Assembly (NCBI GenBank): GCA_963662435.1
Contig: OY759598.1
Span: 1,830,507-1,894,506 of the forward strand
DNA from: Dehalococcoidia bacterium
GTDB lineage: Bacteria > Chloroflexota > Dehalococcoidia > Lucifugimonadales > VXLM01
DNA length: 64,000 nucleotides
Reading direction: 5' to 3'
Part shown: positions 48,412-58,931 of the stretch, in pieces
Numbering within the stretch: position 1 is the first letter of the stretch
How the letters are laid out: each line of letters opens with the position of its first letter
The notes under the pieces: generated by a model
What the model was told of the DNA's origin: nothing
The model's input: the letters and a program-made list of their open reading frames with translations, nothing else
The model's database searches: none
Made by a program: the position numbers and the translations under genes

Positions 48412-51400
48412 ATGGTTTCAGCCGTACAGCGGTTCATTTCCGCTTGGCAGTTCGTACTGAAGCGCAGCTTGGCTCACTGGCGACTGCTGTCTTCGGTCGT
48501 CCTTGGCGTGCTGTTGGCGTCGTCAATCATGTCGGGAACGGTGATCTATTTCGATGCGCTCAGGGAGATAGCCCTGCGCAGCGCGCTGGACCAGCACTCC
48601 GAAGCGGACCTGCACATCATCATGCAGGGGCAGAGGGGCCCGGTGAATCGTGAAGAGGCCGATCGCGTGTCGGGCGTCGTGAATCAAGCCGTTCGGGACA
48701 GACTCGACTGGCTCGTTGATGGCAGGCTAAGCGCGGCAAAGACTCCCACGATGTTCCTTACGGCGCCCGGCGCCGAGGCCGTTGCGGGCGACGACAACGC
48801 CAGGGCGTACTTCGCCTATGTTCCCAATATCGAGCAACACATCGTTATCCGTGGAGGCGCCGCGCCGAGCGTCAGCCCGGTTAACGCGCCAGGGGAAACA
48901 TTCACCATAGAGGCGATGATTCCGGTCGAGGCGGCGGAGACATTCGGTGCACGCATAGGAGACCGGGTGTCCGCAGTGCTGCCGTGGTCGGACGATCTCG
49001 CCCACGTAGAAGTGGTCATCAGCGCCATCTTCCTACGCGAGGACCCAGAGGCAGAGGTCTGGCAGCTTGAGAGAGAGGTCCTCGAAGCGGCAACGGGCAC
49101 CAGTTTTAGGACGATGCCCTTCCATATTTCCGAAGAGGCGTTCCTTGAGACCCTGGGACCTCGACTCCGGAGGATGGAAGCCACCTATGCATGGCTCCTG
49201 ATGACCGATGCCGACCGCGTCAACGCCAGAAATAGTACCTCCACGCTGTTGGACATAAGAGTAACGAACTCGATTCTGAGTTCCACACTATCGAGCTTCC
49301 GACAGACGACGACCCTGGACAACGCACTCGACGAGTATGACAGGCGTCTGTTCTTCAGCAAATTGCCGATGTTCGTGGTCCTGGTGTTGATCGCGATCGT
49401 GATCCTGTATTACGTCGCCACGTTGTCTTCCCTGGTTGTGGAAGACCGACGGAACGAGGTTGCCCTGCTGAGAAGCCGGGGAGCCAACTCAACACAGATA
49501 CTCATGGTATTCGTCATGGAGGGTCTGACGATCGCGGCATTGTCCGTGGTAGTCGGCCCCGTTCTGGCGGCGTTGGCCATCAGCGTGCTGGGCGTGACGC
49601 CGGCGTTTTCCGATCTGGGCGCCGGTGGCCTCCTGTCGGTCAGCCTTTCAAGCGGCGCGTACATGATGGCGGCGCTGGGCGGGGTATTGAGCTTCGTGGC
49701 CCTGATATTCCCGGCGTTCAGAGCCTCGCAAATGAGCGTGACCCAGGAACGTCAAAGGTCGGCGAGACCGACCGATCTGCCGTTCGTCCAGAGGTACTAT
49801 CTCGACGTATTGCTGCTCATCGTGGGCATCCTGCTGTTTCGACAGTTGACCGAGCAGGGTTCGGTAGTGGCCAGGAACCTGTTCGGCGAAATCGCGGTGA
49901 ACCAGATGCTGCTGGCGGTGCCGGGGATAATACTGGTCGCGTCGGCGATGGTGCTGTTGCGGCTGTTCCCCGTTGTGATGAACCTTGCAAGCCGCCTGCT
50001 GTCCGCCTGGCTGCCGGCGGGTATGGTGATGGGAGTCTGGCAGATGGCGCGAAACCCGGCGCACTACGCCCGACTGTCCCTGTTGCTGATTCTGACGGCG
50101 GGGCTGGGAATCTTCGCGGCGAGTTTCAGCGCGACTCTCGACCGCAGCTTCGTCGAGCGGGTACTCTTCTTCACCGGCAGCGACGTACGCCTCAACGGCA
50201 ATGTTCCCATCTCAGGATTCCGGCGTGGTCTGTCTCCGGAAGACCAGTTCAAGTCCGCGAGTGTGCTGAAAGACCGATATGAGAACCTCCCCGGAGTTGA
50301 GAAGGTCAGTCTCGTTCGCAGGAGTTCGGGGCACGACCTCTCAAAGCTATTCGGGGGCACCTATGACATGGTGGCGGTCAACCCGGAGGACTTCCTGGAC
50401 GTTGCCTGGTTCCGCGAAGATTTCGCCGGGCGGCCGGTGGACGAACTTTTCCCTTCGCTGGCTCTCGATGGCGGACCGGAGGGGCTGTTCATTCCAAATG
50501 GATCGAAGCATCTCACGTTGAGAATCAAGCCGGACCGGCCACATCCATCCGTGCGCATGACGGCGAGGATCTTGGACTCGCGGGGCAGATACTACACCTA
50601 TATTCTTGGAGAGCTTAACTTCGCCGACTGGGCGGAGCTGAGCGTCGATCTGACGGCGGTCGGAGGACGTGGACAGCCGTCAACAGCTCCATCGGAGCCG
50701 ATCTCCCTCGCCTCGATAACCATCCGGGAGCGTCGAGGCGACAGGCAGCTCCAACCCGGGTCCGTCCTGATAGATGAGATCAGTGCGACGACAGAGGCAG
50801 GCGGGACGACCGTTATCGAGTCGTTCAATGACGTGGAAGGCTGGAGTCTCCTGCGGACCACCGAGACCGCGATCGCGGACGTGCTCCGGGCGTCCGACGT
50901 CGGTTTCGAGGACGAATCAGGATCGGCCCTCTTCTCATGGGCCGAGGGCGCGGCGGCTTCGGTGCGTGGCATATTCCCCGGTCAATTCACTCCGCTGCCG
51001 GTGCTCGCGAGCAAGGGATTCAACAAGTCGACGGGTCACAAGATCGGAGAAGAGTTCGACGTTTCAGTCTCAGGACATCGGGTACCCGTGCAAATCATCG
51101 ATGAAATGGAATTCTTCCCCACGATGAATTTGCGGGAGAAGAGTTTCCTTGTTTCCGACATGAGCTCCCTCGTGAAGTATGCAAGCATGGGAACATTGAA
51201 CAGCGAGGTCCTGCCCAACGAGCTCTGGATTTCATCGACGTCCACTGGGTCGGAACGTCAGGCGCTGATCGAGGAGCTGAACAACAACGGCGGCTTCCTG
51301 ATTGACTCATTCCAGGATAGGGACGCCCTGCTGGCCGAGTCGAAGGTCGACCCGCTGGTGAAAGCGGGATGGCGGTCTCTCTTGTTCATCGCCTTCTCGT

Positions 51401-51795
51401 CGGTGCTGGTACTGAGTTGTTTGGGTTTCCTCGTGCACGCCTACATATCGTTTAGAAACAGACAGCTCCAGTTCGCCCTGCTGCGGACGGTGGGATTCTC
51501 CATGCGGCAACTCGTCACGATGGTGTGGCTGGAGCAGATGCTGGTGATCCTCGTAGGACTGGCGCTGGGAACGTGGATGGGTGGAAGACTGGGCGCTGTG
51601 ATCATGCCGTTCCTCGGACACGATGATTTCGGCTCGCAGGTGATGCCGCCGTTCGCGATGCAAGTCAATTGGAACGTGCTAATCCTGACGTACGCGATTA
51701 TGTTCATCGTGTTCGCCGTGATAATCTTGGGAATGATTTGGCTGGTCAACCGCATCTCGCTGCAGCGGGTCTTGCGGTTGGGTGAAATTGGTTAG
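48412..51795 (+). CDS. Very large FtsX/MacB-like ABC permease (paralog of preceding gene)
   Basis: RRNEVALLRSRG and RQLQFALLRTVG. Shares RYY.DV, W.MARNP and AWFR.DFA motifs with 44573-48265. Confidence 0.87.
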   Translation: MVSAVQRFISAWQFVLKRSLAHWRLLSSVVLGVLLASSIMSGTVIYFDALREIALRSALDQHSEADLHIIMQGQRGPVNREEADRVSGVVNQAVRDRLDWLVDGRLSAAKTPTMFLTAPGAEAVAGDDNARAYFAYVPNIEQHIVIRGGAAPSVSPVNAPGETFTIEAMIPVEAAETFGARIGDRVSAVLPWSDDLAHVEVVISAIFLREDPEAEVWQLEREVLEAATGTSFRTMPFHISEEAFLETLGPRLRRMEATYAWLLMTDADRVNARNSTSTLLDIRVTNSILSSTLSSFRQTTTLDNALDEYDRRLFFSKLPMFVVLVLIAIVILYYVATLSSLVVEDRRNEVALLRSRGANSTQILMVFVMEGLTIAALSVVVGPVLAALAISVLGVTPAFSDLGAGGLLSVSLSSGAYMMAALGGVLSFVALIFPAFRASQMSVTQERQRSARPTDLPFVQRYYLDVLLLIVGILLFRQLTEQGSVVARNLFGEIAVNQMLLAVPGIILVASAMVLLRLFPVVMNLASRLLSAWLPAGMVMGVWQMARNPAHYARLSLLLILTAGLGIFAASFSATLDRSFVERVLFFTGSDVRLNGNVPISGFRRGLSPEDQFKSASVLKDRYENLPGVEKVSLVRRSSGHDLSKLFGGTYDMVAVNPEDFLDVAWFREDFAGRPVDELFPSLALDGGPEGLFIPNGSKHLTLRIKPDRPHPSVRMTARILDSRGRYYTYILGELNFADWAELSVDLTAVGGRGQPSTAPSEPISLASITIRERRGDRQLQPGSVLIDEISATTEAGGTTVIESFNDVEGWSLLRTTETAIADVLRASDVGFEDESGSALFSWAEGAAASVRGIFPGQFTPLPVLASKGFNKSTGHKIGEEFDVSVSGHRVPVQIIDEMEFFPTMNLREKSFLVSDMSSLVKYASMGTLNSEVLPNELWISSTSTGSERQALIEELNNNGGFLIDSFQDRDALLAESKVDPLVKAGWRSLLFIAFSSVLVLSCLGFLVHAYISFRNRQLQFALLRTVGFSMRQLVTMVWLEQMLVILVGLALGTWMGGRLGAVIMPFLGHDDFGSQVMPPFAMQVNWNVLILTYAIMFIVFAVIILGMIWLVNRISLQRVLRLGEIG

Positions 51796-51817
51796 AATGA
51801 ATCGTGGAGGGCCAATC

Positions 51818-52702
51818 GTGAGAACGGAAGACTACATCGTCTGCGAAGACCTGTTCAAGATCTACAAGATCGCCGACCTGGAAGTGGTAGCGCTTCGAGG
51901 TCTCGACCTTGTCGTATCGCGAGGCGAGGTCATCGCCGTCGTGGGTGCGAGCGGCAGCGGGAAGACCACGTTGCTCAATATCCTCGCGGGATATGACACT
52001 CCCTCGGCAGGGAAGGTCCGAGTCGGAGACCGTGATCTCCTTCGCATGGGAGGTCGGGAGGTGGAGGACTATCGTCGTCATGAGGTCGGGTTTGTGTGGC
52101 AGCAGACGAGCCGCAACCTGTTCCCGTACTTGAGCGCCGTCGAGAACGTGGCGCTGCCCATGATGCTTACAAGCCTCTCCCCAAAGGAAAGGCAGGAACG
52201 ATCGGAAGACCTGCTCAACCTCGTGGGACTGGGCCACCGACTCGACCACACGCCGGAGCGCTTGTCCGGCGGCGAGCAGCAGAGGGTCGCAATTGCGGTT
52301 GCCCTGGCAAACCACCCTCCCCTGCTCCTGGCGGACGAGCCGACGGGTGAGTTGGATGACGCGACAGCAAGCGAGATCCTGGACCTGTTCGGTTCGGTGA
52401 ACAGCGAGCTGGGGACGACCATCGTGATCGTCACGCACGACCGGGACATCGCCTACAAGGTAGGGCGGGTGGTCATGATCCGAGACGGGAAGACCTCGAC
52501 TGAGGTCAGGCGTGCGCATTCCTACGAGCGGCAGATTACAGGGGAAGTGGACATAGAGACGCCTCTCGAAGAGTACACGTTAGTCGACGGAGCCGGGCGA
52601 GTGCAGCTTCCACGCGAGTACCTGGACGAGGTCAGGATCCGCGATCGAGCAAGGGTGAAGGTTGAGGACGGCAAGGTCACCATCGTTTCCGGAGAGGAAT
52701 AA
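51818..52702 (+). CDS. ABC ATP-binding protein (LolD/MacB-type) with C-terminal AbrB-like segment
   Basis: [16 protein letters not shown] and ADEPTGELD motifs, plus tail VDGAGRVQLPREYL. GTG at 51818 after GGAGG. Confidence 0.92.
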   Translation: MRTEDYIVCEDLFKIYKIADLEVVALRGLDLVVSRGEVIAVVGASGSGKTTLLNILAGYDTPSAGKVRVGDRDLLRMGGREVEDYRRHEVGFVWQQTSRNLFPYLSAVENVALPMMLTSLSPKERQERSEDLLNLVGLGHRLDHTPERLSGGEQQRVAIAVALANHPPLLLADEPTGELDDATASEILDLFGSVNSELGTTIVIVTHDRDIAYKVGRVVMIRDGKTSTEVRRAHSYERQITGEVDIETPLEEYTLVDGAGRVQLPREYLDEVRIRDRARVKVEDGKVTIVSGEE

Positions 52703-52703
52703 G

Positions 52704-53615
52704 ATGAGCAGTTCACAGGTCATCATCGACATTGAGAACCTCTCCCGCGTCTACGACGTGGGGGCGGAGCAGGTCACGGCGGTAGACGGCGTGACCCTGC
52801 AGATACCGCCGGGCCAGTTCATTGCGCTCGTCGGCAGATCGGGTTCGGGCAAGACTACGCTTCTGAACCTCATGGCGGGGCTCGACAAGCCGACATCCGG
52901 CAAGATCCTCTTTGAAGGAGAGGACCTGACCGAGATGGGGGAAAAGGAGCTCACGGAAATTCGCCGCCATAAGGTGGGATTCGTGTTCCAGGCGTTCGGC
53001 CTGCTCCCACTGCTGTCGGCGTTCGAGAACGTCGAGCTGCCCCTCAGGATTTCGGGTTACGGCGTCCGAGAGCGGGAGGAACGTACGAGGGAGGCGCTGG
53101 GCATCGTTGGCCTCGTCCCGCGCGCGAACCACCGTCCGTACGAGCTATCGGGCGGTGAGCAGCAGAGGGTCGCCATCGCTCGCGCAATTGTCACGAGGCC
53201 TCCCCTGATCCTGGCGGACGAGCCTACAGGCGAGCTGGACTCCACGAACGCTCAGTCGATCTTCGGGCTGTTCCGCGAGATGGTGGAGACGCACGGCATC
53301 ACGGTGGTCGCCGCCACGCACGACTCGACGCTGCTGGCAATGGCAGACCAGGTGAACGAGATGCGCGACGGCAGCATTGTCGGGCATCTCGAAGGGGAAG
53401 ATCTTCAGAGCCGGCTGGAGGACATTCAGGCCAGCCGTTACCGCGACAGACCGTCCAAGAGCGCAGGGGTCGGCGTTGCCGAATCCGAGGCCTCGGAGGC
53501 AGACCAGCCGGAAGCGGCGGAACCGGAACCAGCGGACGAGGTTGGCGGCGAATACGAGTCGCCGGGACAGGACCAGGACTACGTCAACCGCTTCCGCCGA
53601 CCTACCGACGAGTAG
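52704..53615 (+). CDS. ABC ATP-binding protein (LolD/MacB-type) with acidic tail
   Basis: [16 protein letters not shown] and ADEPTGELD motifs. Confidence 0.92.
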   Translation: MSSSQVIIDIENLSRVYDVGAEQVTAVDGVTLQIPPGQFIALVGRSGSGKTTLLNLMAGLDKPTSGKILFEGEDLTEMGEKELTEIRRHKVGFVFQAFGLLPLLSAFENVELPLRISGYGVREREERTREALGIVGLVPRANHRPYELSGGEQQRVAIARAIVTRPPLILADEPTGELDSTNAQSIFGLFREMVETHGITVVAATHDSTLLAMADQVNEMRDGSIVGHLEGEDLQSRLEDIQASRYRDRPSKSAGVGVAESEASEADQPEAAEPEPADEVGGEYESPGQDQDYVNRFRRPTDE

Positions 53616-53630
53616 GGCTGTCCCTGTCAG

Positions 53631-55361
53631 CTAGACGGTTGCCGTCCGCGTTCCGTAGTTGGAGATCGGCTGGTACTGGAGCCGTCCGTCATGCGTGGCG
53701 GGGTCGCAGTACAGAAGGTCGGGAGCCTCGTAGTCGAGCACCAGTTCGCCGTCGACCTGCCTGTAGAGGATGTTCTTCAGCCAGTTGACGTTGTCGGTCT
53801 CGGGGTAGTCGTCGCGGAAGAAAGCTCCCCTACTCTCTCTGCGCTCCAATGATCCGATGAAGTGCAACTCCGCCGAAAGCAAGAGGTTGCGGACTTCCAG
53901 TGCACGAGCCCAGTCGTACCCGCTCCGGGCTCTCAGCTTTCCGGTCTCGGCTTGAATCTGCCTGATGCGATCGAGGCCGTTGGTGAGACCCTCTTCGTCC
54001 TTTATGACCCACGCATAGCGCCGGGTGGCGGCCTTGATCTTGCGCTTGATGTCGCTGGGTTTCACGGTTGCGGAATTGTCGATTGTGTCCGCCGCGGCCG
54101 CGAGGCTTGCCCGCACCTGCTCAGAGTCTAAGGAGACGTGGCCAATGGCATTGGCCTCCTCGGCGGCGTATTGCCCTGCCCGCTGGCCGAATACGACGGT
54201 TATCATGGAGGTGTATCCCTCGGGCCTGGCGTGTCCGTAGACGCCTCCGGCAACCGCGCCGGACGCGTATAGGCCGGGCACGGTTGTCTCGCATTTCTCG
54301 TTTATGGAAATTCCGCCGATCGTCGTATGTGCGCGGGGTTCGGAGGCGACGGGTTCGTGGCGCAGGTCGATGCCGCGCTTCTCGGTCTGCTCCTTTACCA
54401 AGTCCATAAACCACCACGGCATATTCTCTCTCTCGAAAGCGGCGCTCATATCGAGCATGACCTTGTCGCCCTTGAATCCCCTGCCCTCCTTGATCTCCTT
54501 CCAGACGGCGTAGGTCAGAGGTTCCTTGGCAAAGTTCCGTGGGTCGTCAATGCCGTATTTTGGAAGGAAGTCCTCGTTCTCGGAGTTGAGGAATCTCGTG
54601 CCTGGCGGGAATCCGACGGACGTTGCGACGAACTGGGAGGCCTCCATACCCGTCAGGTCGGCGCCCACCCGGTAGGCTGCGCACTGGCCATCGCCGGTCT
54701 CGAATGGCGAGACGGTGGTGGGAGCGAAGATGTGGCTATAGGTACCTGTCGCAAGGATGGTCGACTTGGCCTGGACGACGAGCGTTTCATTGCGGCGGCA
54801 GTCGAGCACCGTAGCGCCGACGACGCGTCCGTCGGTCGTCAGGAGGTCGATGAGCACGGCGTCGTCCATGACCGTGACGCCGCGGTCTTCTGCCTGGTCC
54901 ATGAGGGCGTCCATCATGGCCCATCCGGGAGGAGCGCCATACGTATGCTCGCGCGCGTTGTCACCCGGTTTCAAGGTGAAGTTCCTAATGTGAGTATGCG
55001 CAGCGGAGCGGTAGAGGGCGATGTTGCCATCGTCCTCGCGCTGGAAGTCGACGCCCCATTCGACGAGCTCCTGGACCCGGTCCATGGTCTCATCGACGAG
55101 AATCTTTGCAAGCTTCTGGTCGGCGAGGAATCCACCGAAGGAGACCAGGTCGCACATCGAGGACATATTGGTGTCGCCGTTCTGCCCATTGAGACCCACT
55201 ACGGCGCTGGTGCCGACGTTCAGGGTGCAGCCGCTGTTTCCGTACTTTCCCTTGACGACCATGGTCACGCTTGCACCTTGGTCTCGCGCCTCCACGGCAG
55301 CCCTCAAACCCGCGCCTCCACCACCAATGATGAGTACGTCGGTCGATATGGTCTCGTACAT
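53631..55361 (-). CDS. SdhA/FrdA/NadB-family flavoprotein
   Basis: IIGGGGAGL, ILATG, TGDG, AHTTIGGI and RRESRGAFFRDDYP motifs. Confidence 0.88.
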   Translation of the reverse strand: MYETISTDVLIIGGGGAGLRAAVEARDQGASVTMVVKGKYGNSGCTLNVGTSAVVGLNGQNGDTNMSSMCDLVSFGGFLADQKLAKILVDETMDRVQELVEWGVDFQREDDGNIALYRSAAHTHIRNFTLKPGDNAREHTYGAPPGWAMMDALMDQAEDRGVTVMDDAVLIDLLTTDGRVVGATVLDCRRNETLVVQAKSTILATGTYSHIFAPTTVSPFETGDGQCAAYRVGADLTGMEASQFVATSVGFPPGTRFLNSENEDFLPKYGIDDPRNFAKEPLTYAVWKEIKEGRGFKGDKVMLDMSAAFERENMPWWFMDLVKEQTEKRGIDLRHEPVASEPRAHTTIGGISINEKCETTVPGLYASGAVAGGVYGHARPEGYTSMITVVFGQRAGQYAAEEANAIGHVSLDSEQVRASLAAAADTIDNSATVKPSDIKRKIKAATRRYAWVIKDEEGLTNGLDRIRQIQAETGKLRARSGYDWARALEVRNLLLSAELHFIGSLERRESRGAFFRDDYPETDNVNWLKNILYRQVDGELVLDYEAPDLLYCDPATHDGRLQYQPISNYGTRTATV

Positions 55362-55418
55362 CTGAAATCCGCTCCTGTGCTTCCTGAGTTTTAGGGTAGC
55401 TATGCTACATCACAATCG

Positions 55419-55979
55419 TCAAACACGGTAGACGTAGATATCGTTTGATGTGGAGATCCATGACTTGCCAAGGTGGTGGGTCTGAGTGGCTTTCCATGTG
55501 GGAACAACAAACGTGTTGGATAGGACGAGCGTACCGGGGCGGAGCTCTCGTTCGAACTTGGGGCCGAGCTTTCGCATCGCTGCGGGGTGGAGGAATACGA
55601 CCACAACGTCCACGTCGGACAGGTCGGCGTCGAAGACGCTTTGCCTATGCAGCGTGAGGTTGGGGCGTCGGACGAAGATGCCTTTAGCGCGCGAGTAGAG
55701 CCACGGTATGGGCGAGAGTTCACAGCCGATAACCGTGGCGTCGGGGAAGCGCCTGGCGATGGGATACGCGAGGGTTCCCCAGCCAGCGCCGAGGTCAACG
55801 ATCTTACCGTCGGTCGAGTCGGGGATGAGATCGATGAAGGTTGCGATGGCCTTCCGCGAGCTCGGCATGGGAGTGATGCCGAGCCTGATGCCGTAGTAGA
55901 TGACTGAGGCGATGGCAAGGAGGAGGAGGCCGTTTAGGAGGTATGGGAGCCAATCGGGGATCATTGGATAGAGATCCAA
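55419..55979 (-). CDS. Membrane-anchored class I SAM-dependent methyltransferase
   Basis: N-terminal TM helix, TPMPS, VDLGAGWG motif I and SNTF. Confidence 0.85.
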   Translation of the reverse strand: MDLYPMIPDWLPYLLNGLLLLAIASVIYYGIRLGITPMPSSRKAIATFIDLIPDSTDGKIVDLGAGWGTLAYPIARRFPDATVIGCELSPIPWLYSRAKGIFVRRPNLTLHRQSVFDADLSDVDVVVVFLHPAAMRKLGPKFERELRPGTLVLSNTFVVPTWKATQTHHLGKSWISTSNDIYVYRV

Positions 55980-56116
55980 GGGAGGGTTTGAAACCCTCCC
56001 CTTCGGGAGTAGCGATTCATGATCGTCGGTCTATTGTTTGAGGTACGGTATTCGGGGTGGTGAAGACGTGTCAACGTGGCGGTGTGGAGGGTGAGTGTTC
56101 AGTCTTGGCGTTTTGG

Positions 56117-56234
56117 GATAGCGAAGACCCCCTCTCTGTGTCTTTTCCCCGCCGGGGGAGAGATTGTAGATTCTTCGTCGCTGCGCACCTCAGAATGGCA
56201 GACAATTCCTGCATTTCGCACCGATTCTGAACAG
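56117..56234. repeat. Composite palindromic repeat (~120 bp), copy B
   Basis: Collinear with 27027-27148. Confidence 0.72.
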
Positions 56235-56323
56235 TTACCACAGGTCAACTGCGCTTGGACGGTTTCGAAGGGGCTGTGCTACAATCGCGCGGCTGAAAGA
56301 CATAGCGAAAAGGAGATAGGTGC

Positions 56324-57244
56324 ATGAGGCTGGTACTATTCAACGACTTCACTCCGGGCGTGCTGAGGGGTGACAACGTGGTGGACGTGTCGGGGGTTGT
56401 CGGGGACATCCCTCATATCGACGCGCAGACGTTGATGCGGGGACTGATAGACAGGTTCGACGACTACAGGGGCAAGCTCGAAGACGCAGCGGCAAACTCG
56501 GAGGGAGTGCCGATAGCGGACGTCCGGCTGAGGTCGCCATTGCCGGAGCCGACGCGCATCGCCTGCATGGCGGGCAACTACCTCGAGAACGGCAAGCTGC
56601 CGTTTCCGACCGACCGGGAAGCGTTCCTGAAGTCGCCGAGCGCGGTGATCGGAGACGGCGACACGGTTGAGCTTCCGGACGCGCCGGTGCCCCACTTTCA
56701 CCACGAGGCGGAGCTTGGGCTGGTGATCGGGAAGACGTCGACCGACGTGCCGGCGGAGAAGGCGGCAGGCCACATATTCGGCTACCTGAACTTCATGGAC
56801 GTGTCGGCGCGGGGCGTGAACCCGAATGGCGGCAGCAGCTTCTTCTGGGGCAAGTCCTGGGACACCTTCTGCCCTCTGGGACCGGTGATCGTGACGGCGG
56901 ACGAGGTTGATGACGCACAGAATCTCGACATCAAGCTGTGGGTTAACGGCGAGGTGCGGCAGGACCACAACACGAGCGACATGGGCCGAACGGTCGAGGA
57001 GACCGTGGAGTTCATCACGTGGATCACGACGATGAAGGCGGGCGACGTGATCGCGACGGGCACGAACCACGTGGGGCTTGGTCCGATCCAGCACGGCGAC
57101 GTGATCACGGAGGAGATCGGCGACTTCGGCCTGTTGACGGTGAACGTGACGGACCCTTGGAAGAGGACGTGGCCTCGCCTGCCGCTGAACGAGATGTCGG
57201 CATTTGAGTCGTCGATTCGTTCCAAGAGTCAGACGGTGGACTAG
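56324..57244 (+). CDS. Fumarylacetoacetate hydrolase family protein
   Basis: GNY, FLKS, HEAELG.VIG, DVSAR, GKSWDTFCPLGP and GDVIATGT motifs. Confidence 0.92.
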   Translation: MRLVLFNDFTPGVLRGDNVVDVSGVVGDIPHIDAQTLMRGLIDRFDDYRGKLEDAAANSEGVPIADVRLRSPLPEPTRIACMAGNYLENGKLPFPTDREAFLKSPSAVIGDGDTVELPDAPVPHFHHEAELGLVIGKTSTDVPAEKAAGHIFGYLNFMDVSARGVNPNGGSSFFWGKSWDTFCPLGPVIVTADEVDDAQNLDIKLWVNGEVRQDHNTSDMGRTVEETVEFITWITTMKAGDVIATGTNHVGLGPIQHGDVITEEIGDFGLLTVNVTDPWKRTWPRLPLNEMSAFESSIRSKSQTVD

Positions 57245-57449
57245 CCCCCTCTCTGTGTCTCTTCCCTGGTGGGGGAGAGATTGGGGCAGGCGCATCTTTT
57301 CCCCGGCGGCTACACCCTCACCCCAACCCTCTCCCGCGAACGGGAGAGGGGGTAAGAGCGACCGGGCGGGTTAGAAACCCACCCCTACCGGATCATGGCC
57401 TGGTATCCCTTCAATACTAGGTAGGACGTTAGTCGCTTCTTGACGCCCG

Positions 57450-58532
57450 CTAGTCGAAGGAGAGGGTGCTTCGGGCGACTTCGCCATTGCCGAGGGCTTC
57501 GAAGGCGTCGTTGATCTGCTCGAGGGGATAGGTCCGGGAGACGAGTTCATCGAGCATCAGTTCCCCCGACTTGTAGAGGTTGAGGAGTCGAGGGAAGGTT
57601 ATCAGCGGCTGACCGCTGCCGTAGAGCGATCCCATGATGGTCTTTTCCATCATGAGGTCACGGGCGTCGATGGTGACGGGCGTGCCGTGCGGGGCGTGGC
57701 CTACCCAGATCGACATGCCCCGGTTGCGTGTGCAGTGGATGCTCTGGATGAAGGGTTTTTCCACCAGGCCAATTGCCTCGAAGGCGTAGTGGACGCCGAG
57801 TCCGCCGGTGAGTGCCTTGATGGCTTCGACGGCATCGTCCTCACCCGCGTTGACGGTGTGCGTAGCGCCGAATTCCCTGGCCATGTCGAGCTTGTTGTCG
57901 AGCAGGTCGACGGCGATGATCGTGGTGGCGCCGGCGATCCGGCAACCCTGGATGACGTTCAGTCCGACGCCTCCCGCGCCGAAGACTGCGGCGGTCGTTC
58001 CCGGCTGGACATTGGCCGTGTTGATGGCCGCACCGACACCGGTGGTCACGCCGCATCCGATGAGGGATGCCTGTGGAAAGGGGATATCCTTGTCGATGGG
58101 GATGGCGGCGACCTCGCTGACGAGCTGGTAGCTTCCGAAACTCCCCACTCCGACCATCTGGTTGATCTCACGACCCGACTGCCGAATGGTGGGCTTCTGC
58201 TCAGGATACTTGTTGTGATAGCACAGGGCGGGCCATCCGAGCTGGCACATCTCGCACAGTCCGCACTGTGAACGCCATGCCAGGATGACGTGGTCTCCGG
58301 GCTGGACGTTGTTGACGCCGGGTCCGGTGGCCTCGACGATGCCCGCACCCTCGTGGCCGAGGATGATTGGCAGGGGCAGGTGGGTCCACTCCCCTTTAAC
58401 GACGTGCCAGTCGGAGTGGCAAACGCCGCTCGACATCATCTTCACCATGACCTGGCCGGGGCCGGGCTCGTCAATGTCTAGCTCTTCGATGATGAGGGGG
58501 GTCTGGGCTTCGTAGAGCACGGCTGCTTTCAT
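57450..58532 (-). CDS. Zn-dependent alcohol dehydrogenase (MDR family)
   Basis: GVCHSD, GHEGAG, CGLCEMC...C, GCGVTTG and GAGGVG motifs. Confidence 0.95.
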   Translation of the reverse strand: MKAAVLYEAQTPLIIEELDIDEPGPGQVMVKMMSSGVCHSDWHVVKGEWTHLPLPIILGHEGAGIVEATGPGVNNVQPGDHVILAWRSQCGLCEMCQLGWPALCYHNKYPEQKPTIRQSGREINQMVGVGSFGSYQLVSEVAAIPIDKDIPFPQASLIGCGVTTGVGAAINTANVQPGTTAAVFGAGGVGLNVIQGCRIAGATTIIAVDLLDNKLDMAREFGATHTVNAGEDDAVEAIKALTGGLGVHYAFEAIGLVEKPFIQSIHCTRNRGMSIWVGHAPHGTPVTIDARDLMMEKTIMGSLYGSGQPLITFPRLLNLYKSGELMLDELVSRTYPLEQINDAFEALGNGEVARSTLSFD

Positions 58533-58593
58533 GGCGTTCCTCCAGAGGGGATTGTCAGGACGGAAGGGTACGGCGAAGAGGTCGAAGGGTCAA

Positions 58594-58669
58594 GGACTTC
58601 GCCGGTCGGGCGGACCTCGCCGGTCGGGCATGTAAGGGACCTCGCCAGGACCTCGCCGGTCGGGCATGT
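58594..58669. repeat. Short direct-repeat cluster (GGACCTCGCCGGTCGGGC x3 plus a partial copy)
   Basis: Copies at 58594, 58612 and 58648, with a 10-nt partial at 58637. Confidence 0.8.
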
Positions 58670-58931
58670 GGAGCAGGTGCTGGGTTCTGGGTGTTGGGTG
58701 TTGGTCATTTTGTGTGGTGCTTGATAGTTAGGTTGTTGGTGGGGGTCTGCCCTTCGACTGGCTCAGGGCGAACGGGGGGATATTGGTGGCTGGAGTGACA
58801 TGTCCTCACCCTTGCCTTCTCCCACGAACGGGAGAGGGGAATTAGCGAGGGAAGGGGAATGGAGTGCGGGTATGGTATGGTATGCGGCGCGGTCGGGGTG
58901 GGTTGCAAAATGCCGACTGCGGGGGTAAGTG

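Noticed and set aside
58594..58669. CRISPR array
   Set aside because: The repeats are short and adjacent, without regular unique spacers, and there are no cas genes in the window.
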